A stretch of DNA of 63,305 nucleotides, the filler included. It is 8 parts of 8 records of this genome, joined end to end, with 100 filler letters (N's around TTAATTAATTAA, not from the genome) between each part and the next. Parts side by side here need not be neighbours in the genome. Positions count along the whole stretch, not along the records: positions 35,425 to 44,615 come from SRR31156797_41316; positions 44,716 to 55,917 come from SRR31156797_41320; 6 more parts are not named here. One strand, given 5' to 3'. This document shows positions 41,950 through 50,565 of this stretch, in pieces (position 1 is the stretch's first letter; the number at the start of each line of letters is the position of its first letter). The notes below the pieces were generated by a model. The model did no database searches and was not told the DNA's origin. It was given only the letters and a program-made list of their open reading frames with translations. Made by a program: the position numbers and the translations under genes.

Positions 41950-42142
41950 GTGTGAGGTGATAACATGGGAATACCCGTTAGGGTGGGCCGTGCTGGATTG
42001 GCCCCCAGCGCCTATGCGGGCCTCACATATAAAGGCTGACCTAGGAAACGTCTCCTCTTGGAGCTTGGGTCGCTGGGGGGTGCCGCCCAGCGCCTAGGCA
42101 GCCTACCAAGGAACCCCGTGCAAAAGTGCGGGGTTTTCTTTT
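41950..42142 (+). ncRNA. Candidate structured small RNA (or 24-codon peptide mRNA)
   Basis: Lies between the promoter and the terminator; GC-rich, two multi-stem domains, exact 11-nt repeat CCCAGCGCCTA at 42004 and 42086. Confidence 0.55.
42112..42142 (+). terminator. Intrinsic terminator closing the small transcript
   Basis: AACCCCGTGC-AAAA-GTGCGGGGTT followed by TTCTTTT. Confidence 0.78.
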
Positions 42143-42235
42143 AAGAACCTCCTCCCCCAATTCAAGGGAAAAACAAATTCAAATATACAACGCTAATTTC
42201 CCTTCAAACCGAGGGAAACCCTTTCGCCCTTCAGT

Positions 42236-42355
42236 GCGTCAAGTTAGAGTATACCCTAACTCAACTACTTAAAACTATACTGATTCGCGTCAATTTAGAG
42301 TGTGAAATCTTTTTTCTTGACATGTCGTCAATGCAAGCTTAGAGTCTATCTTAAC
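42236..42355. promoter_or_regulatory. Putative res site of the serine resolvase
   Basis: GCGTCAAGTTAGAGT (42236), GCGTCAATTTAGAGT (42287) and TTAGAGT (42339) immediately upstream of the resolvase, overlapping a TTGACA. Confidence 0.6.
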
Positions 42356-42381
42356 GGAAGACAAAAACGGAGGTTGACACC

Positions 42382-42936
42382 ATGTCAGGTCAGAACATTG
42401 CGTATATTCGAGTTAGCACTCTGGAACAAAATACCGCCCGACAGCTTGACGGGATGGAATTTCACAGAACCTTCACCGACAAGGCAAGCGCAAAGGACAC
42501 CAACCGCCCCGCCTTACGTGATTGTCTGGACTTCGTACGCGAAGGTGACACCCTTCACATTCATTCCATAGATCGCCTCTGTCGCAATCTGCGCGATTGC
42601 CAAGAACTCTTAGACAACCTACTTGCAAAGGGCGTGTCTGTCCGCTTCCATCGCGAAAACCTGACTTTCACCGGCCAAGATGATTCCATGTCTAAGCTCA
42701 TGCTCCAAATGATGGGAGCCTTTGCCGAATTCGAAAGGAACTTATTGAGAGAACGCCAAGCCGAAGGAATTGCCAAGGCCAAGACTGCCGGGAAGTACAA
42801 GGGCCGCAAGCGGGCATTGAGCGAGGATCAAATTAAAGAAATCAAGACACGGCTTAACCATGGTGAAGGCAAGGCGACTCTGGCTGCTGAGTATGGCGTG
42901 AGTCGACAGACGTTGTACGCTACCTTGAAGCGGTAG
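42382..42936 (+). CDS. Small serine recombinase (resolvase/invertase) with C-terminal HTH
   Basis: YIRVST.EQN..RQ, SIDRL.R, AEFER.L.RERQ.EGI, GRK, GVSRQTLY. Confidence 0.95.
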   Translation: MSGQNIAYIRVSTLEQNTARQLDGMEFHRTFTDKASAKDTNRPALRDCLDFVREGDTLHIHSIDRLCRNLRDCQELLDNLLAKGVSVRFHRENLTFTGQDDSMSKLMLQMMGAFAEFERNLLRERQAEGIAKAKTAGKYKGRKRALSEDQIKEIKTRLNHGEGKATLAAEYGVSRQTLYATLKR

Positions 42937-43040
42937 TAATTTGCCACAAACAACCAAATGACATTATTAATATTGTCGGGAAACGTTTCGGACGTGTGCG
43001 CGACGCCTCTTTTTGAGTAGCACGTGGCGTCCCGGCAACA

Positions 43041-43068
43041 AAAAGGCGACTCAATCAGAGTCGCCTTT
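43041..43068. terminator. Bidirectional terminator between resolvase and Xre gene
   Basis: AAAGGCGACTC-AATCA-GAGTCGCCTTT perfect 11-bp stem. Confidence 0.7.
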
Positions 43069-43267
43069 ATCTTTTCTGGCTGAACAAATCCTTCACCCTC
43101 ACCCCAAGGATATCCGCGATCCGCTCTAGGGTATTCAAAGTGCACTTCTCGACAAGCTCCCCACGGGCGCGGTGGACCGTACCTGAAGACAGGCCGGTAA
43201 TCTGGACCAGCTTACGAATGGAGACACCTTTTTTCTCCATCAACTCTTTGACGTTGCTTTCGATCAT
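43067..43267 (-). CDS. Xre/Cro-C1-type HTH regulator (66 aa)
   Basis: MIESNVKELMEKKGVSIRKL..TGLS.GTV.R, TL.TLERIA..LGV.V.DLF; start re-called at ATG 43267. Confidence 0.85.
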   Translation of the reverse strand: MIESNVKELMEKKGVSIRKLVQITGLSSGTVHRARGELVEKCTLNTLERIADILGVRVKDLFSQKR

Positions 43268-43286
43268 ATTCGCCTTCTCACCCCTT

Positions 43287-43344
43287 TGACTTAATATATT
43301 GACACAGATTGATTTAGATTGGTATGAGTTAATATATTGAGTCA
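43287..43344. promoter_or_regulatory. Paired operator-like palindromes in a divergent promoter region
   Basis: TTAATATATTGA at 43291 and 43329, near-palindromic; the first overlaps TTGACA at 43299. Confidence 0.62.
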
Positions 43345-43369
43345 TGGTAGATTTTAAACAGGAGGATTT

Positions 43370-43705
43370 ATGCAGGACATTATGCCAACTTACAGCCATC
43401 GCCCAGAAGAAGCAGGCGCAAATCATTTATGCTCATTGCGCTGCCTGCTTGAATACGTAAACGATCAAGCCATAGACGATTCAAACGCACCGCTGATCGG
43501 GATAACCGAAGCGGCCTTGGCTCTACTTGAAAAAATTAGAAGTGACATTGAAAAAGAAATGGCCCCCCTCAAAGGCTTGAACATTGTTCGCTACAACAAA
43601 TCCCAAGAGAACGTTTGCGCAGGAGTCGCAAACAAATTCATCGGATTTGAAGTGCAAGAAGACGCCAACTTTGACATTAAACTCAAGGAGGACCTTCATG
43701 CCTAA
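43370..43705 (+). CDS. Hypothetical protein
   Basis: AGGAGG RBS; 111 aa; divergent from the Xre gene. Confidence 0.68.
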   Translation: MQDIMPTYSHRPEEAGANHLCSLRCLLEYVNDQAIDDSNAPLIGITEAALALLEKIRSDIEKEMAPLKGLNIVRYNKSQENVCAGVANKFIGFEVQEDANFDIKLKEDLHA

Positions 43706-43940
43706 ATACGATAACTACGAACCGACACTGCCCACCTGTAGCGATCCGATTTTAGAGCTATATTCAATTCAGCACGCGGTAGCTGCACTTAGCGAACAAC
43801 TCAACTCCCAAGAACAACTAGGTGAAGCATACATGGCCCTTCTTATCAGCAAAGCCCTAGAGGCTGTTGCAGGAAAAATGGATAATGAAGACTGGAAGCA
43901 AGCAAACGAGCCTCCGTGCAAAGTCCATGCGCTTGGCTAG
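43698..43940 (+). CDS. Hypothetical protein
   Basis: AAGGAGG RBS before ATG 43698; 80 aa; overlaps the previous stop. Confidence 0.65.
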   Translation: MPKYDNYEPTLPTCSDPILELYSIQHAVAALSEQLNSQEQLGEAYMALLISKALEAVAGKMDNEDWKQANEPPCKVHALG

Positions 43941-43947
43941 AAACACC

Positions 43948-43974
43948 AAAGGCGGCCCGGACAGGCCGCCTTTT
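43948..43974. terminator. Bidirectional terminator
   Basis: AAAGGCGGCC-CGGACA-GGCCGCCTTTT between convergent ORFs. Confidence 0.72.
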
Positions 43975-44309
43975 CATTTGCCAAGTAGGGATTTGTAATA
44001 GTCATTTACCTGCGTGGCCAAGTTACGCCGCTGAGTTTCGGCCTCTTCTCGCGTGTCCCAAGCATCGTAAACAATCTGCGAATTATCTTTGGGACGATAA
44101 TCGACTCTGGAATCAGTCAGCATAACCGGGAAACCCCATAAAGGGACATGTGATCCATCTTCAATTTCCAAAAATGCAATTCCCTCGTAGACTTGACCTA
44201 TCATGATAATTTTGGCGATCGGGACAAGGGAACCTGATAGGTTTACCAAATAATCAAATTCAGGATCGTCGGATTCGTATTCAACAACGGATTCAAATTT
44301 GGGTGACAT
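43974..44309 (-). CDS. Hypothetical protein
   Basis: AAGGAGGT RBS; acidic 111 aa. Confidence 0.65.
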   Translation of the reverse strand: MSPKFESVVEYESDDPEFDYLVNLSGSLVPIAKIIMIGQVYEGIAFLEIEDGSHVPLWGFPVMLTDSRVDYRPKDNSQIVYDAWDTREEAETQRRNLATQVNDYYKSLLGK

Positions 44310-44504
44310 GGGCTACCTCCTTTGCGCAAAGGATAACATACCCATTCAAAGGAGAATTAGGGAAATAAGACATACAAAATGCCCACGCCCCATATCCTTG
44401 AATACACGCTATGATACAACAGCAGAATTGAAAGAGCCTTGTTAAGTGAGCAAATTATAATTCAAATTTTGATCTTGCCACTCAAATGACAATTTAGCCT
44501 TACC

Positions 44505-44527
44505 TGTGGGGACTAGAGTGGGGACCA
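44505..44527 (+). repeat. Putative integrase arm-type site (right copy)
   Basis: TGTGGGGACTAGAGTGGGGACCA, direct repeat of 35561-35583. Confidence 0.72.
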
Positions 44528-44545
44528 CTTTTCAATCAGCAACAG

Positions 44546-44577
44546 AAAAGGGCTTGCCTCATTCGAGACAAGCCCTT
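44546..44577 (-). terminator. Terminator downstream of the tRNA 3' end
   Basis: AAGGGCTTG...CAAGCCCTT stem with a T-run on the minus strand, just after CCA. Confidence 0.75.
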
Positions 44578-44585
44578 GATATTAC

Positions 44586-44615
44586 TGGCGGAGAGGAGAG
44601 GATTCGAACCTCCGG
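44586..44615 (-). tRNA. 3' end of tRNA-Ser (truncated; att site)
   Basis: Minus strand CCGGAGGTTCGAATCCTCTCCTCTCCGCCA: T-arm, acceptor stem, discriminator G and CCA. Confidence 0.88.
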
Positions 44616-44715
44616 NNNNNNNNNNNNNNNNNNNNNNNNNNNNNNNNNNNNNNNNNNNNTTAATTAATTAANNNNNNNNNNNNNNNNNNNNNNNNNNNNN
44701 NNNNNNNNNNNNNNN
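44616..44715. other. Artificial contig spacer
   Basis: N44-TTAATTAATTAA-N44. Confidence 0.99.
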
Positions 44716-44949
44716 CTGCGCCTTCAGGCCCAATCCCGTGCGCACGGCCTGCTCGATGCAGCGCTCGTTGATGACCGGCAACATCCCGGGCATCGCCGCA
44801 TCAACCAGGGAAACCTGGGTGTTCGGTTCGGCCCCGAAGTCGGTCGCCGCACCCGAAAAAAGCTTCGCCTTGGAAACCACCTGGCCGTGGACTTCAAGGC
44901 CGCAGACCAGTTCCCAGTCGCCGGTTTCGCCGCTCAATATCCAGGACAT
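44716..44949 (-). CDS. gatB: Asp/Glu-tRNA amidotransferase subunit B (3' truncated)
   Basis: [31 protein letters not shown]. Confidence 0.95.
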
Positions 44950-44952
44950 GGC

Positions 44953-46431
44953 TCAGCCTCCCACCAGGTAGGACGGTTTGTCGTCGATACCGGCAGCACC
45001 CTCGAGGACATCGGCAATCCGCAACACCGTCTCCTCGTCGAACGGCTTGCCGACGATCTGAAGTCCAAGCGGCAATCCGTCGTCGCTGTAACCGGCCGGA
45101 ACAGAAACACCCGGAAGTCCGGCCAGGCTGCTGGGAACCGTAAAAACGTCATTGAGGTACATGGCGATCGGATCGTCCATCTTTTCGCCGATGGCAAAGG
45201 CGGCCGACGGCGCCGTCGGGGTCAATACGGCATCGACCTTTTCAAAGGCATCCTGAAAATCCTTGGAGATCAACGCCCGAACCCTTTGCGCCTTGATGTA
45301 ATAGGCGTCGTAGTAGCCGGCGCTCAGCACGTAGGTGCCAATCAGAATTCGGCGGCGAACCTCGGCTCCGAAACCGTCGCCTCGCGTGTTTTCATACATT
45401 TCGTCCAGGCTGTCGCCGGGAACCCGAAGGCCATAGCGCACGCCGTCGTATCGGGCCAGGTTCGACGAGGCTTCGGCCGGCGCGATGATGTAGTAGGTCG
45501 GCAACGCGTATTTCGTATGCGGCAGCGAAATATCGACCGGTTCGGCTCCGGCATCCTTCAGCCAGGCGACGCCTTGCTGCCAGAGATCATCGATTTCCCT
45601 GGGCATGCCGTCGACCCGGTACTCGGACGGAATGCCGATTTTCATTCCACGGATGTCGCCGGTCAGGGCGGCCGCGAAATCGGGCACATCGATCGGTGCC
45701 GAGGTCGAATCCTTCGGATCGTGCCCAACCATGGCGCCCAGCATGATCGCCGCGTCCCGCACCGTACGGGTCATCGGACCGGCTTGATCGAGACTTGACG
45801 CAAAGGCGACAATGCCCCAGCGCGAACAGCGCCCGTAGGTCGGCTTGAAACCGACGATCCCGCAAAAAGACGCCGGCTGCCGGATGGAGCCACCGGTATC
45901 GGTGCCGGTTGCCGCCATGCAAAGATGGGCCGCGACTGACGAGGCCGACCCGCCGGACGATCCGCCCGGAACCCGGTCCTTGCCGTCGGCGACTTTCCAC
46001 GGATTGATGACGTTGCCGTGATAGCTGGTGATGTTGGCGGACCCCATGGCAAACTCATCCATGTTGGCCTTGCCGAGCATGACCGCCCCGGCATCCCGCA
46101 GATTCTGCGACACGGTCGATTCGTAAGGCGGCTTGAAGCCGTCCAGGATGTGGGACCCGGCGGTCGTCAACACGCCTTCGGTACAAAACAGATCCTTGAC
46201 GGCGATGGGAATGCCGTCCATCGGACCGACCGCATCGCCCTTTTTCCGGCGTTCGTCCGACAGTTTGGCCCGATCGCGGGCGATGTCCGGGGTTTCGGTA
46301 ACGAACGCATTGAGGTCTCGCGCGGCCTCGATCGCCTTGATATGCGCGTCGGTCAACTCAAGCGCCGTGAATTCGCCGCCGGCCAAACCCTTGGCGGCAT
46401 CGGCGATGGTCAGGTCGGTTAATTTTGCCAT
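44953..46431 (-). CDS. gatA: Asp/Glu-tRNA amidotransferase subunit A
   Basis: [41 protein letters not shown]. Confidence 0.97.
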   Translation of the reverse strand: MAKLTDLTIADAAKGLAGGEFTALELTDAHIKAIEAARDLNAFVTETPDIARDRAKLSDERRKKGDAVGPMDGIPIAVKDLFCTEGVLTTAGSHILDGFKPPYESTVSQNLRDAGAVMLGKANMDEFAMGSANITSYHGNVINPWKVADGKDRVPGGSSGGSASSVAAHLCMAATGTDTGGSIRQPASFCGIVGFKPTYGRCSRWGIVAFASSLDQAGPMTRTVRDAAIMLGAMVGHDPKDSTSAPIDVPDFAAALTGDIRGMKIGIPSEYRVDGMPREIDDLWQQGVAWLKDAGAEPVDISLPHTKYALPTYYIIAPAEASSNLARYDGVRYGLRVPGDSLDEMYENTRGDGFGAEVRRRILIGTYVLSAGYYDAYYIKAQRVRALISKDFQDAFEKVDAVLTPTAPSAAFAIGEKMDDPIAMYLNDVFTVPSSLAGLPGVSVPAGYSDDGLPLGLQIVGKPFDEETVLRIADVLEGAAGIDDKPSYLVGG

Positions 46432-46718
46432 CACTCGACCACCTTCGGCACGGTAAAGAACCCCTGTTCGGGATCAGGCGCATTGGCCAACACACGGTCT
46501 TGGCAATTTCCGTCCGTCACCTCATCAGCACGGCGGAAAAGCGACATATCCGCGACGCTGGCAATCGGCTCGACACCATCGGTATTCACTTCGTTCAACT
46601 GCTCGACCCAACCGATGATGTTCGAAAGTTCGTCGGCCAGATGCTGAAGATCGGAGTCCGGAACCTTGATCCGGGCCAGAAACGCAATGTTCCGTACGGT
46701 ATCTGTGTCGAGAGACAT
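46431..46718 (-). CDS. gatC: Asp/Glu-tRNA amidotransferase subunit C
   Basis: MSLD..TV..IA.LARI, LNEV.T.GVEP, FF.VPKVVE; start re-called at 46718. Confidence 0.95.
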   Translation of the reverse strand: MSLDTDTVRNIAFLARIKVPDSDLQHLADELSNIIGWVEQLNEVNTDGVEPIASVADMSLFRRADEVTDGNCQDRVLANAPDPEQGFFTVPKVVE

Positions 46719-46875
46719 TTTTTCTTCTCCGTGTGGCGGGCCATCCTGCGCTTGGAACCCGGCCAAAACCCGCAATGATGCGGCGCGGAAAGTAACACCC
46801 GAAATCGTCGGGTTGCAACCCGCATCGGGAACCATGACAGCTTAAAACGAAGAGATGGCGCAATCGTCTCGATGA

Positions 46876-47997
46876 TTAAGGATCGGTCCCACCAAGCATT
46901 TCCCAGACCTTGTCATTCCATGCACTCGGCGCGAGGTTTGCGGCGCCGGACAGTGCCGCGACGACGGAGTCGGCGGAAAATTCTCCGTTCTCGGGATCAC
47001 GAGCGAATTCCTTCATCGATACGCTGTCAAGGACAACCGTTCCTGTATCAGGACGATACAGAAATACGGTCGAAAAAACCTCGTCGTACTCCCGGGTTAC
47101 GTCGAGCAGGTCGATGCTGATCTGGTAGACCCGGTTTTCCGAAAGCTGGAACGGCGCTTCGGTAATGAACATGAAACCGGGAAAGTCCATCTGCTTGCCG
47201 TCAATCAGACAGGACCAATCGATTTCGTAATCTGCGGTTTCGAACAGCTCTTCCTGGACCGAATTTTTTCCGATGAATTGAATTACATAGTCACACGACC
47301 ATCCGTCACCGAATTTGGCGCTACCCTTGATCGGCTCCAAAACCGCTCCGTCGATCAAGGGAAGCAGCATTTCAGCGAATACAAAGCCGAGTTCCTGATT
47401 GCCCCTGCGGACAACAAGCCAGCTTCCGTTTTCAGCCGAACCGAATGCCTCCACTTTCATACCGCGTTCGAGCTGGCCCCGTTTCGACGCCCGGGTCGAC
47501 GGTTTGGTTCTGAGATTGACTTCGGACGCCGCCAGAAAGCGGCCCGATACCGGAGCCACCGGAACGCCTTTGGCATCGAGGATGCGCCCCTGGCCGTCGC
47601 GTTCCAGGGGCGGCAGGCTGACCGGCTTAAGCAGAGGCTCGTAGACAAACCCGAGATCCTTGCCGGCCTGTCGAACCCCTATCCAGGCGCCTTCGGCCCG
47701 CCCCACCGCCTGGACCTCGGTCCCGCTGCGAAGCCCGCCAAGACGTTTGGCTTTTGTCAACGGGGCGGCCCGCACGTTGGCGTCTTTCAATACTTTGTAT
47801 GTACCGGTAATCGGCTGAACGACGACACCAAGAAACCTGGTTTCCGCGGCGGCTTCGGTAGGCTTGCCGAATATCAGAAGCGAGGCTGCCAGGACCAGAA
47901 TGGATACCCGACGTCGCGAAAGAAGGTCCGCAACCAAAGTCGTCAACGGCCCTTTCCCTGCAACTTGACGAGAGCCGAACATTCTACTCCACCCCAC
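46876..47997 (-). CDS. Exported protein with two bacterial SH3 domains (start uncertain)
   Basis: Signal-like segment; ANVRAAP...W..V....GFVY and VNLRTKP...W..V....GFVF repeats. Confidence 0.72.
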   Translation of the reverse strand: MGWSRMFGSRQVAGKGPLTTLVADLLSRRRVSILVLAASLLIFGKPTEAAAETRFLGVVVQPITGTYKVLKDANVRAAPLTKAKRLGGLRSGTEVQAVGRAEGAWIGVRQAGKDLGFVYEPLLKPVSLPPLERDGQGRILDAKGVPVAPVSGRFLAASEVNLRTKPSTRASKRGQLERGMKVEAFGSAENGSWLVVRRGNQELGFVFAEMLLPLIDGAVLEPIKGSAKFGDGWSCDYVIQFIGKNSVQEELFETADYEIDWSCLIDGKQMDFPGFMFITEAPFQLSENRVYQISIDLLDVTREYDEVFSTVFLYRPDTGTVVLDSVSMKEFARDPENGEFSADSVVAALSGAANLAPSAWNDKVWEMLGGTDP

Positions 47998-48121
47998 TGG
48001 CCGCCAAAGATAGATATAACAAAGGGTTAGAAGTTATGATATCCGAGTGGAGTCATCGCCTCCACATTCTTTTGCAAAGAACCGCGGCGGGATTTCCAGT
48101 GGCAGCAAGGCGCGCATCGCA

Positions 48122-48589
48122 ATGCCGGTCGTTACTTTGGCGGAACTGAAAGATTTGATCGTAACCGATCGCCGTATTCTCGGCCTCGACCTCGGCACCA
48201 AAACCATCGGGCTGGCCGTTTCCGACGTGACGAAAACAATTGCCACCCCGCGCGAAGTGATCCGTCGGACGAAGTTCCGGCGCGATGCCGAAGCCCTTTG
48301 GAAAATCGTCGATGAAAACGAAATCGGGGCGCTTTTGTTCGGATTGCCTATCAGCATGGACGGAAGCGAAGGCCCGAGATGCCAATCGACCCGCGACTTC
48401 GCCAACAATCTTCTGGCCGTGCGGGATATTCCGATCGGCTTCTGGGACGAGCGCCTTTCGACGGCTGCGGTAGAACGAGTCCTGGTGCGTGAAGCCGACA
48501 TGACGCGCAAACGCAGGGCCGAGGTCGTCGACAAGGCTGCAGCCGCGTATATCCTGCAAGGGGCCCTTGACGCCCTGGCCGCTCTCTAG
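48122..48589 (+). CDS. ruvX: RuvX/YqgF pre-16S rRNA nuclease
   Basis: LGLDLGTKTIGLAVSD, GLP..MDG, WDERLST, VD..AA..ILQ. Confidence 0.93.
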   Translation: MPVVTLAELKDLIVTDRRILGLDLGTKTIGLAVSDVTKTIATPREVIRRTKFRRDAEALWKIVDENEIGALLFGLPISMDGSEGPRCQSTRDFANNLLAVRDIPIGFWDERLSTAAVERVLVREADMTRKRRAEVVDKAAAAYILQGALDALAAL

Positions 48590-48611
48590 GCCGCGGACGA
48601 GGCAGCACGCC

Positions 48612-49532
48612 ATGCTGGATATATCCCTCGGGCTGGCGCCGATATTCCTGCTGATCATGATCGGCTTCGGGTTGAAACGGATCGGTTGGGTGCCGGACGG
48701 ATTCTGGCCGGCGGCCGAACGTGTCACCTATTTTATCTTCTTCCCGGCATTGATGATCAACAACACGGCCAAAGCGAACCTAGCCGGAATTGACGTCCTG
48801 CCGATGGTCGCCGCCCTGGTCATTCCGATATTCCTTGTCACGATTTTGGCGCTAGCGGTGCGGCCGCTTCTGGCAACCGACGGGCCGTCCTTTTCCTCGG
48901 TAATCCAGGGCAACATCCGACCCAACACCTATGTCGGTATCGCCGGCGCGTTTGCGCTGTTCGGTGAGCCTGGCCTAACTTTGACTGCCCTGGCGCTCGT
49001 ATGCTGCGTTCCCACTGTTAACGTCATCTCGGTCATGGGGTTGGTGCGATACGCACCGGCGCCAGGAAACCGTTTTCGATGGCAAAACGCAGTCATGCCG
49101 ATCATCAAGAACCCCCTCATTCTATCACCACTGTTGGGATTGGCGCTGAACCAATCGGGCATCGGATCGCCACCGGTGATCGGTCCGCTTCTCGAAGTTC
49201 TCGGCCGGGCCGCCCTCCCGGTCGGACTGATGGCGGTTGGGGCGGGATTGGACCTTTCGGCTCTTCAGCCGGTCCGGCGCCTGGTTGTGATTACCGCCGC
49301 CACCAAGCTGGCGCTTGTACCGGTCCTGACATTCGGCATGTGCCTTGCCCTTGGCCTGGACGCGCAAACCACCGGTGTTTGCGTCATGTACGCGGCCCTT
49401 CCCTGCTCGGCTTCCTCCTATGTCCTGGCCCGCCAAATGGGAGGCAATGCCGAATTGATGGCCGGCATTATCACCGCGACAACATTGGCCGGGATGGTCG
49501 CGATCCCGACCGCCATGTGGTTTGTTACATAA
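48612..49532 (+). CDS. AEC (auxin efflux carrier) family transporter
   Basis: About ten TM helices, YFIFFPAL, N.YVG, NPLI, YVLARQMGG. Confidence 0.85.
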   Translation: MLDISLGLAPIFLLIMIGFGLKRIGWVPDGFWPAAERVTYFIFFPALMINNTAKANLAGIDVLPMVAALVIPIFLVTILALAVRPLLATDGPSFSSVIQGNIRPNTYVGIAGAFALFGEPGLTLTALALVCCVPTVNVISVMGLVRYAPAPGNRFRWQNAVMPIIKNPLILSPLLGLALNQSGIGSPPVIGPLLEVLGRAALPVGLMAVGAGLDLSALQPVRRLVVITAATKLALVPVLTFGMCLALGLDAQTTGVCVMYAALPCSASSYVLARQMGGNAELMAGIITATTLAGMVAIPTAMWFVT

Positions 49533-49596
49533 TTTTTTCGAATGGCGTTGAACGCGTCTTGCGCGCCGGCCCGAGGTGTCGTTATAGTGCGCGCTC

Positions 49597-50565
49597 ATGA
49601 GCAACAAGAAGTCCGACAACAAGTTTCCTCACCGGCATTTACTTGCCATCGAAGGCATTTCCGCTTCCGAAATCACCCATCTTCTCGATCTTGCCGACAC
49701 CTATGTCGAGCAGAACCGCCAGGCCGACAAGAAGAAGTCCCTTCTGCGCGGCCGCACCATCATCAATCTGTTTTTCGAAGCGTCCACACGAACGCGGACG
49801 TCGTTCGAATTGGCGGGAAAAAGGCTTGGCGCCGACCTGATCAATATGTCGGTGGCGACAAGTTCGGTGAAAAAAGGCGAAACGCTCGTCGATACGGCAA
49901 TGACGCTGAACGCCATGCATCCGGACGTGCTGATCGTACGGCATTCGGAATCCGGTGCGGTGAAGTTGCTGTCCGAGAAAGTGAATTGCGCCGTCATCAA
50001 CGCCGGCGACGGAACCCACGCGCATCCGACCCAGGCGTTGCTTGACGCCCTGACCATCCGTCGAATGCGGGGTAACATCGAGGGCCTTTTGGTCGCCATC
50101 TGTGGCGATATCCTGCATTCCCGCGTCGCCAGGTCGAACATCGTGCTTTTGACGACGATGGGCGCGCGCGTGCGATTGGTGGCACCGAAGACGCTGATCC
50201 CTTCGGATATCGAGAGTATGGGGGTCGAGGTCTTCTACGACATGCGCGAAGGGTTGAAGGATTGCGATATCGTCATGATGTTGCGCCTTCAGACAGAACG
50301 CATGCAGGGTGGCTACTTCCCGTCGGTGCGCGAGTACTTCCGCCTCTTTGGCCTGGATTACGAGAAATTGGCTGTTTGCAAATCCGACGCGCTGATCATG
50401 CACCCTGGCCCCATGAACCGAGGCGTCGAAATCGATTCCGAACTGGCCGACGATTTCGGCCGCAGCGTCATTCGCGAGCAGGTCGAGATGGGCGTTGCCG
50501 TTCGCATGGCCTGCCTTGACATCCTGGCCCGGAATCTCCCGGATCCCGGCCTGAGGAATACGTGA
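49597..50565 (+). CDS. pyrB: Aspartate carbamoyltransferase catalytic subunit
   Basis: [38 protein letters not shown]. Confidence 0.97.
   Translation: MSNKKSDNKFPHRHLLAIEGISASEITHLLDLADTYVEQNRQADKKKSLLRGRTIINLFFEASTRTRTSFELAGKRLGADLINMSVATSSVKKGETLVDTAMTLNAMHPDVLIVRHSESGAVKLLSEKVNCAVINAGDGTHAHPTQALLDALTIRRMRGNIEGLLVAICGDILHSRVARSNIVLLTTMGARVRLVAPKTLIPSDIESMGVEVFYDMREGLKDCDIVMMLRLQTERMQGGYFPSVREYFRLFGLDYEKLAVCKSDALIMHPGPMNRGVEIDSELADDFGRSVIREQVEMGVAVRMACLDILARNLPDPGLRNT

Larger units (their letters stand above)
35425..44615. mobile_element. ~9.2 kb tRNA-Ser-targeting integrative element (phage-satellite-like)
   Basis: Both ends are tRNA-Ser fragments; carries integrase, excisionase-like HTHs, phage replication genes, two further recombinases; no recognisable capsid, portal, terminase or T4SS genes. 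Confidence 0.85.

Noticed and set aside
41950-42142. Identification of the structured RNA as an IS110 bridge RNA, hammerhead/HDV ribozyme, or c-di-GMP/glycine riboswitch
   Set aside because: No IS110 DEDD recombinase is present, and the conserved cores of those RNAs (for example CUGAnGA/GAAA) are not found. Kept as unassigned.
35425-44615. Calling the element a complete prophage or an ICE
   Set aside because: No recognisable terminase, portal, capsid, tail, lysis, relaxase or conjugation genes lie between the att ends.
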